A stretch of 64,000 nt of DNA from Candidatus Bathyarchaeia archaeon. Its GTDB lineage: Archaea > Thermoproteota > Bathyarchaeia > Bathyarchaeales > Bathycorpusculaceae. This document shows, in pieces, positions 1 to 8,969 of the stretch (its first letter is position 1; each line of letters begins with the position of its first letter). Below the pieces are notes generated by a model. It was not told the origin of the DNA and made no database searches. It saw only the letters and a list, made by a program, of their open reading frames with translations. The position numbers and the translations under genes were made by a program. The stretch is from positions 1-64,000 of the forward strand of contig JAVZNC010000006.1 in the NCBI GenBank assembly GCA_038882955.1, given 5' to 3'.

Positions 1-38
1 TTGGAATAGTTAAGGGAGAAAGTGCAACGATCATATGA
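1..38 (+). CDS. cas2: Probable 3' end of CRISPR-associated Cas2 (truncated by window edge)
   Basis: Frame from nt 3 reads GIVKGESATII*, resembling type I-B Cas2 C-termini; lies directly upstream of the CRISPR leader. Only 11 codons are visible. Confidence 0.5.
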   Translation, partial: GIVKGESATII

Positions 39-150
39 ACCAACCGTCGATCTGACATTACCAATTCTTCATTACACATCGACGAAAACATCCCCCCTAT
101 AAAAAGCCGAAAAAAGCTATAAAACAGAAAAATAACCAATTTTACCAAGG
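39..150 (+). promoter_or_regulatory. CRISPR leader
   Basis: Non-coding, A-rich tract before repeat 1; contains inverted repeat CGTCGAT (45-51) / ATCGACG (78-84). Confidence 0.75.
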
Positions 151-1376
151 GTTCCGAGAATACCTATAAGGGCTTGAAACTTTAAAGTGAAGGGGCAAAA
201 ACGATGAGTAAAGTTGTGTTCCGAGAATACCTATAAGGGCTTGAAACGTCCCTTCTTTGGAGTGTATTTTTCAATTAAATATTGTTCCGAGAATACCTAT
301 AAGGGCTTGAAACGCACTTCAGCCATGGCGTGTTCTCTGGCTAAAGCAGCGTTCCGAGAATACCTATAAGGGCTTGAAACCTGTACACGTACGCAGCTAA
401 GACTGCGCCCACAAAAGTTCCGAGAATACCTATAAGGGCTTGAAACACACCTTCAGGGGCACATTACGCAGCTGTTGATGACGTTCCGAGAATACCTATA
501 AGGGCTTGAAACGTTTAACGTCGTTTCGCAACAGGTTAAATTGGAACCGTTCCGAGAATACCTATAAGGGCTTGAAACTTCCATGCCAAAAGACGGTGTA
601 AACGTATGTTGTGTGTTCCGAGAATACCTATAAGGGCTTGAAACAACTCTTTGTTTACATCAACCATCAATCGCTTTCCGGTTCCGAGAATACCTATAAG
701 GGCTTGAAACGGAGTTAATTCGCCTGGCGGCAGTTCCACGGTAACGGGTTCCGAGAATACCTATAAGGGCTTGAAACACACTTCAGCCATGGCGTGTTCT
801 CTGGCTAAAGCAGGTTCCGAGAATACCTATAAGGGCTTGAAACCGTTTTCAGTCCATGCACATCGCCTTCTGGAGCGTGGTTCCGAGAATACCTATAAGG
901 GCTTGAAACCGAACAGAAAGCTCAAACTTAAAGAAGCAAATTTGGGTTCCGAGAATACCTATAAGGGCTTGAAACCCCTATTTCAAAGGAGATTTTCTAC
1001 AAAACCTACGAGTTCCGAGAATACCTATAAGGGCTTGAAACGATGTTAACCAACATGCCTGCCGACATACTTATTCCGTTCCGAGAATACCTATAAGGGC
1101 TTGAAACTGTCCAGCTAAACGTGACGTGCTTTCCGAATATTTTGTTCCGAGAATACCTATAAGGGCTTGAAACCAGTTGGATGGTTAAGTTATTGGGTTT
1201 TGCTTATAATGTTCCGAGAATACCTATAAGGGCTTGAAACTAGGGTCTTCGTCATAGTCCAACCATTTTGTTTCGCGTGTTCCGAGAATACCTATAAGGG
1301 CTTGAAACTCAACTCCTAAAACATCATTTCCTAAATGGCGACTTATGTTCCGAGAATACCTATAAGGGCTTGAAAC
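151..1376 (+). CRISPR. CRISPR array, 19 identical 30-nt repeats GTTCCGAGAATACCTATAAGGGCTTGAAAC, 18 spacers of 36-38 nt
   Basis: Repeats start at 151, 218, 284, 351, 417, 483, 549, 615, 681, 748, 814, 880, 946, 1012, 1078, 1144, 1211, 1279, 1347. The GAAAC 3' end and leader position give + orientation. Possible degenerate 20th repeat at about 1412-1441. Confidence 0.99.
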
Positions 1377-1556
1377 TTTGATGCTGGCGACGACAAATGG
1401 CAGCTTATCGTATTACAAGAATTACCTTCAGTTGATGAATTTCCATAAAGTTGCAATCAGCATCTTCTGTTAGTTGCAGTTAATCGAAAAAGCCTCAAAT
1501 TGGCTAGAAAACAGAAAAAGAGGGGGATCTGCGGGAGATTTCGCCATGAATCTTGA

Positions 1557-1577
1557 GTTCAAACCCGGCCCTCGGCA
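1557..1577 (+). mobile_element. tRNA 3'-end fragment, possible att site of an integrated element
   Basis: G-TTCAAAC-CCGGC-CCTCGGC-A parses as T-loop, T-stem 3' strand, acceptor 3' strand and discriminator; the 5' part of the tRNA is absent. Confidence 0.5.
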
Positions 1578-1627
1578 CTCGACTTTCTTTCTGAAAATTT
1601 CGACTTAGCTTGTTTGTACTGGTGACG

Positions 1628-2401
1628 CTACAATTTCCATGTGCTTTTGCATATATTTTGTATTGCATGCAAAGCCGTTGAATTTTTGTTTTTTAGTGGG
1701 GTTTCCCCGCGCATTTCTGCTTCAGCCACTGTTGAATCGAAGGGCACTATGCCTACAAGTTTTAGGTTATGTTCTTCAGCAAATTTTTCGATTGTTTCTT
1801 TTTGTCTATCATTTTCAACTTTGTTTCCTACGAGTAGCGTTTGTTTTATGCGCGTTTGTGATGCCAGTTCGTTGATGCGCTTTGCCGTTTCAAGAGCCTT
1901 CAAATTTGCATCAGCAACAATGAGCATGGCGTCCACGTGTTGGGCTGTTCCTCTTCCCATGTGTTCAACACCAGCCTCCATGTCTAACACCACAGCCTCG
2001 TTGCGTTCAACAACCAAATGGCGAAGCAAGGCGCGGACAACGGCGTTTGCTGGGCAAGTGCATCCGGAACCCATTGATTTAACTGTGCCCATAACGATTA
2101 GTTTCACGCCTAGAGGTGTGTCAACAGCGTAGTCGCGGATTATGTCGTTGACGCTGAATGATAAGCGAAAAACGCCGGCATACCCCGTGCCCGTTTTTGA
2201 CTCGATTAAATCTTTGTTTTCGGATAATGGCAATATTTTTCTGGCCTCTTCTTGTGATAAGCCCAAAGTTAAAGCGAGGTTAGGCGACGGGTCGGCGTCG
2301 ATGGCTATGGTCTTTAGTCCCTTGTTCGCGAAACAATAGGCTAAGCTGCCAGCAATAAATGTCTTGCCCACGCCGCCCTTGCCAGAAACAGCAACCTTCA
2401 C
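1628..2401 (-). CDS. cooC: CooC/AcsF-like nickel-insertion ATPase (CODH/ACS maturation)
   Basis: GKGGVGKT P-loop, DADP, GSGCTCP (CxC) and DMEAGVEHMGRG motifs. Confidence 0.9.
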   Translation of the reverse strand: MKVAVSGKGGVGKTFIAGSLAYCFANKGLKTIAIDADPSPNLALTLGLSQEEARKILPLSENKDLIESKTGTGYAGVFRLSFSVNDIIRDYAVDTPLGVKLIVMGTVKSMGSGCTCPANAVVRALLRHLVVERNEAVVLDMEAGVEHMGRGTAQHVDAMLIVADANLKALETAKRINELASQTRIKQTLLVGNKVENDRQKETIEKFAEEHNLKLVGIVPFDSTVAEAEMRGETPLKNKNSTALHAIQNICKSTWKL

Positions 2402-2467
2402 TTATGATTCCTCTTCTTTTTGGCTAACACTTGCATACTTATTTACATTTCCTAGTTTACGCTTCAG

Positions 2468-3622
2468 CTACAGTAATGCGTTTCTGGCAAGTTCCACTCC
2501 TAAAACCATGTTTTTAAGTTTTGCAAAGCTTATTTCCCATGTCCTTGTTCTTAAGCCGCAGTCTGTGCTCACATATATTCTGCTCGGGTCGCCTACGACG
2601 CTTACGGCGTGGAGTATTCTATCTCTTACCAGTTCTGGTGATTCAACGAAGTCTGTATGGACGTCCACCACGCCCAACCCGTATCTTCCATTGAAACCGT
2701 GATCTTCAAAAAGTTTTAGCTCCTTATAGCCTATTCGCGTTTCTCCTACTCCTGCTTGTTTGCTGTCTCTGTTGGCGAACTCGAGGGATAGCTGACTGCA
2801 ATTATGCAGTTGACTGGCATATTTCGCAAGTATTTTGTAGTTGCTGTAGCAGTTGTGAAGGCTGAAGGTGCAGTTAAAACCCTTAACGGTTTCGTTAAAA
2901 GCTTCAACAAATAGTTCCATTTCTTCAGCAGAGGGGTTCGTCGTCGCCGCGGGCTCGTCTATCTGAATCCACTTTGCTCCGGCCTCTATTAAGCGGTTTA
3001 TTTCTGGTCTTATAACCGCTTTTATCAAGTCGAAGAGGAAATCCCTTCTCGCTGCGACTTTTCTCTGTTTAAATTCCCTTATTTTGCCCATTGCCTTTCG
3101 CTCATAATACTCGTTAAATGTCCAGTCGACAAGCGTGTATGGTCCGGTGAAGGGTACTTTTATCGTTTTTTTGGTGTTTTCTTTCACGAAAATGAATTCT
3201 TCAGTGTAGAAGGGTTTCGAATATTTTGGCTTGTCTGTGCACGCGGCTTTGTTAAAGTATCTGTAATCGAAGGATTTTACGTAACCCAGAAACTCGAATC
3301 CTTCAATATTTCTTATGACGTGTTCATACATTTCCGAGCGCCATTGTTCTCCATCAAAAACCACATCCAGTCCTGCAGTTTCAAAAAAGCGTATGGCAAA
3401 CTTCGCTGACCATTGAAGCAAAGCCTTTCTATCCGCTGGAGTTCGCGCCTTGCTCGTCAAGATTTTAACTAGTTCTTCGGGTTTTTCTATGCCCAGCTCC
3501 TGTCCCCAGCGTATTGCTTCTGCTATTTCCTCTTTTGAAAGGGGTTCCCCTCTGTAGCCTTTAACCCTCCAAGCTGGCTTGGCAAGGCTTCCTATCTCTT
3601 GTGTAGGAAAAAGTTTTTCCAT
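2468..3622 (-). CDS. metE: Cobalamin-independent methionine synthase, catalytic half of split MetE
   Basis: PTQEIGSL, DGEQWR, TGPYTL, IQIDEPA, Zn ligands LHNC and DCGLR. Confidence 0.88.
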   Translation of the reverse strand: MEKLFPTQEIGSLAKPAWRVKGYRGEPLSKEEIAEAIRWGQELGIEKPEELVKILTSKARTPADRKALLQWSAKFAIRFFETAGLDVVFDGEQWRSEMYEHVIRNIEGFEFLGYVKSFDYRYFNKAACTDKPKYSKPFYTEEFIFVKENTKKTIKVPFTGPYTLVDWTFNEYYERKAMGKIREFKQRKVAARRDFLFDLIKAVIRPEINRLIEAGAKWIQIDEPAATTNPSAEEMELFVEAFNETVKGFNCTFSLHNCYSNYKILAKYASQLHNCSQLSLEFANRDSKQAGVGETRIGYKELKLFEDHGFNGRYGLGVVDVHTDFVESPELVRDRILHAVSVVGDPSRIYVSTDCGLRTRTWEISFAKLKNMVLGVELARNALL

Positions 3623-3623
3623 T

Positions 3624-4625
3624 CTAGCTCAACTCACTTTGGAGGCATTTTGACACGTTGGCTATGACCTTCATTTTTCCTTCAGCCCTTTCCCATGGGA
3701 GAAATTCCAGATCGCAGTTTGGACAAATGAAAACGTCGCAAGTTTTTGATGGATAAATTGCTTCTATCAGCTTCTTGGCAAAAATCGCAAGTTCTCTTTC
3801 ATCTTCCACCAGTGAACTGCGGGCATCCACAAGTCCTAAGGCAACACCTTTATCAAAAGAGTATTCCTTCAGTTTTTCTAAACTCGCCTCGTACAAATCT
3901 ATGCCCAAATCGTCAACTGGAAAATCTAATGCTTCGGGTAAAATCTGAATAAAATCCCCGAAAAATGTTTGCAAACACACTCTTGCTTTTGCATCCTTAA
4001 CGGCCACTTCTAAAGCATCACCAACATCAACAAGCGTATCCTTCGATATTGGTTTTTTAAGGGGGTTGTAGACAAGTGCTGGGTCGCTTAGCTGAATATA
4101 TTTGAAACCGCTTTCTGTGAGGCTTCTAATTTCGTCTCGCAGAATCTCAGCATATTTAAACATTAATTCTGTCTCACTTTTGTAAAAATTGTTTTCAGAT
4201 AACTTTGTAAGTGTGTAAGGTGCAGGTAAAATGGCTTTCCACGGAACATTTTTTGGCAGACACTCCATACTCAACATTTCAATAGCTATGCTCTTTTCTC
4301 GCTGCAGTTCCCCCAAAACTATAGGCTTCCTATAGAACGTGTTATTATTGAACCATCTAGCAAGACCTCCAACTTTCACGCCCTCCAAGTTTTCGGTGAA
4401 AGGTCTCAAAAGGTCTTGCCACCTGAGCATACCGTCGGTGATGTAACTAAACCCTGCAGAGGTTTGCGTCTTCACAACTTTAACTGTAGCCTCTTTGAAG
4501 GCTTTTTCCAGCACTTCTTTACTAATTCTTTTTCTATCGTATTCTCTAGTTGCCTCGATAAGTTGCTTTGGTCTTGGAAGGATACCCGTAACGTAGCAGC
4601 CAATCATACAATCAACTCTGTGCAT
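3624..4625 (-). CDS. Split MetE, N-terminal-like non-catalytic subunit
   Basis: TDGMLRWQD, RWFNNNTFYRKP and LGLVDARS; lacks the HxC Zn motif; abuts the catalytic half. Confidence 0.82.
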   Translation of the reverse strand: MHRVDCMIGCYVTGILPRPKQLIEATREYDRKRISKEVLEKAFKEATVKVVKTQTSAGFSYITDGMLRWQDLLRPFTENLEGVKVGGLARWFNNNTFYRKPIVLGELQREKSIAIEMLSMECLPKNVPWKAILPAPYTLTKLSENNFYKSETELMFKYAEILRDEIRSLTESGFKYIQLSDPALVYNPLKKPISKDTLVDVGDALEVAVKDAKARVCLQTFFGDFIQILPEALDFPVDDLGIDLYEASLEKLKEYSFDKGVALGLVDARSSLVEDERELAIFAKKLIEAIYPSKTCDVFICPNCDLEFLPWERAEGKMKVIANVSKCLQSELS

Positions 4626-4745
4626 GTCTTAATTTCGCATGGCACGTATAAAATCTGAAGTAGAGATATTAAACCTTGCACTCATCTGCGCGTGCATGAA
4701 AAATTTTAATTATTATAAGTTACAGATGAGTCATAATTCTGTTAA

Positions 4746-5489
4746 ATGCGAGATGATGAGCAAATGAGAATATTACACGAGTTTGTTCCAACACGCAAAT
4801 TCCTCAAGCTTGCCGAAGAAGTTAAGGACTTAGTCGACGGATGGAACATAACCGACAGCGCTGCTGGGATGCCTGCGCCAAGCGGCACGGCTGTGGGCTG
4901 CGTCCTTAAAGCCAAATATCCAGACAAAATAGTGATACCAATATTTATACTCCATTACAAGGGACCAGTCGAAGTTGGAGGCTTGGCTTTGGCTGCAGAT
5001 GCCGTAGCCCTTGATGGACTTGTGCTTACAATGGGAGATATTCCCAAATACGGCGAACCCATAAAAATGTTGAAATCCTCCGAGGAAGCCCGAGACTTTT
5101 TACGCACAACAATACGCCTAAAAAACGTTAAATTAGGATGCTTGCTCACCGCACGCCGAACTGTTGAGGAAACAATTGCCCGCGCAAAAGAACCATGGGA
5201 CTTCGTGTTTTTCATGCGCCTTGAAGATAAGACATTCCCAACACTAGAGCAGGTGGCAAAGGAATGCAAACGCCTAAACAAGCCCATATACACGTACTTC
5301 CTCGTCGGAACACCCAAAAACGCTGAAATGGTCAAGATGATAGGGTGGCCTGTCACAGCAGCCATGGATCACCTTGAAGAGGTTGCAGGCAAACTTGATG
5401 GGCTCGTGGATGGCATAATAGCGACATGCGCTGGAGACTATGAAGGAGATAAAGAGCTGTTAACACGGCTTCAAAAGTTCAGAAGCTGA
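4746..5489 (+). CDS. Methylenetetrahydrofolate reductase (MetF)-like FAD-linked protein
   Basis: N-terminal EFVP, NITDS and LTMGDIP resemble the MTHFR barrel; divergent from the metE pair. Confidence 0.6.
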   Translation: MRDDEQMRILHEFVPTRKFLKLAEEVKDLVDGWNITDSAAGMPAPSGTAVGCVLKAKYPDKIVIPIFILHYKGPVEVGGLALAADAVALDGLVLTMGDIPKYGEPIKMLKSSEEARDFLRTTIRLKNVKLGCLLTARRTVEETIARAKEPWDFVFFMRLEDKTFPTLEQVAKECKRLNKPIYTYFLVGTPKNAEMVKMIGWPVTAAMDHLEEVAGKLDGLVDGIIATCAGDYEGDKELLTRLQKFRS

Positions 5490-5539
5490 CAACACACAAA
5501 TCCTTTTTCCTTCATGCTTTGTTGGAAAACGAGCCTGAA

Positions 5540-5734
5540 TTATATTTCTCGAATTTCGCATTGAAGCCTCTTTACAACCTCTTCAGCCTTTGAAGGCTCA
5601 ACCTTCAATGTATAAAGCTTCTTCGCAGTTCGAAGCTTAAGCTTAACAACATCACGCAAACGCTTAACAGCACAATACTCAGCACGCCCACTAATCTCAA
5701 CAAACTTCTCAATATCAAAGACCTCCGAAGGCAA
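5540..5734 (-). CDS. rpl38e: Ribosomal protein eL38
   Basis: From TTG at 5734: MPSEVFDIEKF...VKLKLRTAKKLYTLKV; KLRT..LYTL is the L38e signature. Confidence 0.85.
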   Translation of the reverse strand: MPSEVFDIEKFVEISGRAEYCAVKRLRDVVKLKLRTAKKLYTLKVEPSKAEEVVKRLQCEIREI

Positions 5735-5782
5735 ACAAACCACCACCCACAATCTGGTTAAAACACGCGCTTTTATCCGTTT

Positions 5783-5860
5783 TGGTGGGCCGGACCGGAT
5801 TTGAACCGGTGACCTTCCGCACGTCAAGCGGATGTCCTAACCGAGCTAGACTACCGGCCC
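5783..5860 (-). tRNA. tRNA-Val(GAC), CCA encoded
   Basis: Cloverleaf GGGCCGG...CCGGCCC-A-CCA; anticodon arm TCCGC-TTGACGT-GCGGA. Confidence 0.96.
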
Positions 5861-5913
5861 ATTGTTTTCCGTAGTCTTTAATTGACAAATTTCTTTTTGA
5901 ATAGGTTTTCGGT

Positions 5914-6450
5914 TTAGCCCTCTTGGCATGCTTCCTCTTCTTCTCCTTTTAGGTTTTCTAGGTATTCTTTTATCGGCTGGAGGGTTAGGCACCTATATTG
6001 TTCTGTGGCTTTTAGACTTGCGAGGAAGTTGCCTATGACTTCCGTGTTTACTGTTTCTGTTTTCAGTTCTCTCATGAATTGGGTGAAGCTTGCGAAGTCC
6101 TTGTGAAGAGAGACGATTATTCCGTCTGCACCCATGCCTTCACCTCGGAGGGCGAGTATTATGTTTGAGTGGTTTTTGAGGAATTCTTCTGTTTTTCTTC
6201 GAATTTCGCTGAGGGTTTCTTTTGTGGCTCCTACGCGGATCTTGAAGAATGTGAAGGCTATTATTTCAAGTCCAACCTTTGAAAACTTGGGGATAATCGT
6301 GTATTCTCTTATGAAGTTGTTCTTTTCAAGCCATGTGCGCACGCGCGTAACTGTTGGCTGGGAAATATCCAGCGCTTTTGCAAGCTCCCTGTCGCTTCGC
6401 TTACAATTACCTATTAGCTCCATGAGCACTCTCTTTTGAATCTCTTTCAA
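5914..6450 (-). CDS. Lrp/AsnC family transcriptional regulator
   Basis: HTH SDRELAKALDISQPTVTR followed by a RAM-like C-terminal domain. Confidence 0.85.
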   Translation of the reverse strand: MKEIQKRVLMELIGNCKRSDRELAKALDISQPTVTRVRTWLEKNNFIREYTIIPKFSKVGLEIIAFTFFKIRVGATKETLSEIRRKTEEFLKNHSNIILALRGEGMGADGIIVSLHKDFASFTQFMRELKTETVNTEVIGNFLASLKATEQYRCLTLQPIKEYLENLKGEEEEACQEG

Positions 6451-6557
6451 CTTAACACACCACTAAGCGCACTATGAATCATTAATACATGTTGCTTATT
6501 TAAATTTCCGAATGAAACGGAAACATTTTAGAATAAAAAAGCCTAATTTTCAAACGA

Positions 6558-6642
6558 GCCGGGATGGCGGAGTGGATAACGCGCAGGCCTTGAGAGCCTG
6601 TGGTCCTTCGGGGCCGCGTGGGTTCGAGTCCCACTCCCGGCG
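6558..6642 (+). tRNA. tRNA-Ser(UGA)
   Basis: GCCGGGA...TCCCGGC-G; anticodon arm CAGGC-CTTGAGA-GCCTG; long variable arm. Confidence 0.96.
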
Positions 6643-6733
6643 CTTATTTGTTGGTGAAGAGAAAAAGAGAGTATTTACGTGATAGCCTCAATTGGATGTA
6701 ATTTTTAATAAAAAGAGGTTGGGTTAAAAGGGC

Positions 6734-8830
6734 TTATAGGCCTAACAATTTTAGCAGGTTATAATTCACAATTAGTGTTGCGAATAGTGTGGCGATTAAT
6801 GACATTACTGTGATCATTGTGTTGAGTGAAGGGCCAGCAGTATCCTTGAATGGGTCGCCAACAGTGTCGCCTACTACGGCAGCCTTGTGTGCTTCTGAAC
6901 CCTTTCCGCCGTGTTTTCCCGACTCAATTAGCTTTTTGGCGTTGTCCCAGAGACCGCCAGCATTGCTCATCAAAAGAGCGAGCAGCAAGCTTGAGAATAT
7001 AGCGCCCGCAAGGAAGCCTCCGAGTGCTTTTATTCCACCGACAAAGCCGATAATCAAGGTTGCAACAATTATTGTTATACTTGCTGGCATGAGTTCACGT
7101 AATGCTCCAACGGTAGCGATGTCAACGCATTTTGCATAGTCAGGTTTAACACCTTGCTTTCCTTCTCTGAGACCTGGAATTTCTCTAAATTGTCTTCTTA
7201 TTTCAGCAACCATTCGCTCAGCATTCCTTCCGACGCCAAGCATAACCATAGCTGAGAAAACCGCAGGAATAGCTACTCCTATTATTGCACCGAGCAGAAC
7301 AATGGGATCCATGATGTCAAAATTAACAGTGTAGCCAGCTCTTGAAGCAGTTTCCTGAAATGCTGCTAACAATGCAATTACGGTTAGTCCTGCTGCGCCT
7401 ATTGCAAAGCCTTTAGTTATCGCTTTTGCAGTGTTCCCCGCAGAATCAAGCTCATCTGTAATGGCTATTACTTCTTCGCTGAGCCCAGACTGTTCAGCTA
7501 TGCCTTTGGAATTATCAACGATTGGACCATAGGCATCGTTTGAAACTGTTAATCCAACAATTGAAAGCATACCAAGAGCTGCGAGAGCTATTCCATATAA
7601 AGCGTATTTTATACCTAAAGGCTCGCATACTTTATATGAGATTACTGCTGCTACGGCTATGCCAATCAACGGAAAGATTGTGCTGCGTAGACCATAGGAG
7701 AATCCGGTTATAATATTCAGTGCTGGTCCAGTTTCGGATGCTTCTGCCGTCTTTAAAACTGGAGCTTTATCTTCTGAAGTGAAGTAGTCACTTGTGACGC
7801 CGATTATTATTCCAGCCACTAGGCCTACGACTACTGCTCCCCAAAAAGCCCACTCGTATCCAAGATACCATGTAGCTAAGGCGGTTAAAATTCCGAAGAC
7901 TGTGCATGTTATGTATGTGCCGCGATTTAATGCTGCACCGGGGTCGCCCTTAGGTCCAACTCTAACTAATAAGGCGCCTATGACGGCGGATAATATACCT
8001 AATCCAGCGAACACTAGTGGTATTTGTACATACTTGCTTGGGACATCAAGCCCTACGCCTAAAATCATGGCGGCTACAACGCTTGCGACATACGAGTCGA
8101 AGAGGTCTGCTCCCATGCCAGCAACATCTCCAACGTTGTCGCCTACGTTGTCGGCTATGACGGCTGGGTTTCGCGGATCATCTTCTGGAATTCCCAGTTC
8201 CACTTTGCCAACAAGGTCTGCGCTGATGTCTGCAGTTTTTGTGTAAATGCCTCCTCCGGCTTTGGCGAAAAGTGAAAGTGAGCTTGCTCCGAAGCTGTAG
8301 GCTAACACTCCAGGAACGGCTTGTTCAGCGGACATTCCGGTGATTGCGTAAACTATGCTTATTCCAAGCAAGCCTAAACCTACAACGGCTAAGCCCATCA
8401 CTGCTCCTCCTCGGAAACCTATTGGAAAAGCCTTATTCAATCCCTTTTGAGCTGCATTAGCCACTTTGGCATTCGCTTTTGTTGCAACATTTAATCCCAA
8501 ATAACCAGCCAACGCCGAACAGAAGGAACCGAACATGTACGCTACTGCCAGTTGAATGTTAAGCAGTAGATCGTGCGTTTCCCATAATGGTTGTGGCAAG
8601 AATATGCATATTATTACTGCTACAACCATCACAAACATTGCCAGCACTGTGTATTCTCGCCTTAGAAAAGCGTCTGCGCCTTCTTTTATGGCAGCAGCAA
8701 TTTCCTGCATACGTTCTGTCCCATGGTCTTGTTTGTTTACATAATGATAGAAGTACAACCCGACGATTACCGAAATTAAAGCGGACAGCGGTGCTACGAA
8801 CCACGGTTCAAACATGCTTGCTTCCTCCAA
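6734..8830 (-). CDS. hppA: Membrane-bound H+-translocating pyrophosphatase, probably K+-independent
   Basis: GGGIYTKTADISADLVGKVE, DNVGDNVGD and GDTVGDPFKD; GNTAKAIT carries the Lys/Thr K+-independence signature. Confidence 0.95.
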   Translation of the reverse strand: MEEASMFEPWFVAPLSALISVIVGLYFYHYVNKQDHGTERMQEIAAAIKEGADAFLRREYTVLAMFVMVVAVIICIFLPQPLWETHDLLLNIQLAVAYMFGSFCSALAGYLGLNVATKANAKVANAAQKGLNKAFPIGFRGGAVMGLAVVGLGLLGISIVYAITGMSAEQAVPGVLAYSFGASSLSLFAKAGGGIYTKTADISADLVGKVELGIPEDDPRNPAVIADNVGDNVGDVAGMGADLFDSYVASVVAAMILGVGLDVPSKYVQIPLVFAGLGILSAVIGALLVRVGPKGDPGAALNRGTYITCTVFGILTALATWYLGYEWAFWGAVVVGLVAGIIIGVTSDYFTSEDKAPVLKTAEASETGPALNIITGFSYGLRSTIFPLIGIAVAAVISYKVCEPLGIKYALYGIALAALGMLSIVGLTVSNDAYGPIVDNSKGIAEQSGLSEEVIAITDELDSAGNTAKAITKGFAIGAAGLTVIALLAAFQETASRAGYTVNFDIMDPIVLLGAIIGVAIPAVFSAMVMLGVGRNAERMVAEIRRQFREIPGLREGKQGVKPDYAKCVDIATVGALRELMPASITIIVATLIIGFVGGIKALGGFLAGAIFSSLLLALLMSNAGGLWDNAKKLIESGKHGGKGSEAHKAAVVGDTVGDPFKDTAGPSLNTMITVMSLIATLFATLIVNYNLLKLLGL

Positions 8831-8969
8831 CTCTCCTACATTCTTTTTAATACTCTTAGAGTTGAGTGGGGAATATCTTAATAAACTTATTTGGAGAACT
8901 TTCCAAAAACCATGAGAAAAGAATATAACCCGAATATGTTAACAAGTTAGCTCTGTGCTTAATTGACGA

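Noticed and set aside
536-1049. ORFs 536-739 and 771-1049 with repeated peptides
   Set aside because: They are translations of CRISPR repeats and spacers.
181-1346. Self-targeting spacers
   Set aside because: No match to the rest of the window was noticed by eye; an exhaustive search was not possible.
5735-5827. N-terminal extension of the 5540-5827 ORF
   Set aside because: It overlaps tRNA-Val; L38e similarity begins at TTG 5734.
6558-6642. tRNA with TGA in the loop as selenocysteine or suppressor tRNA
   Set aside because: Anticodon UGA reads UCA (Ser); tRNA-Sec would have anticodon UCA.
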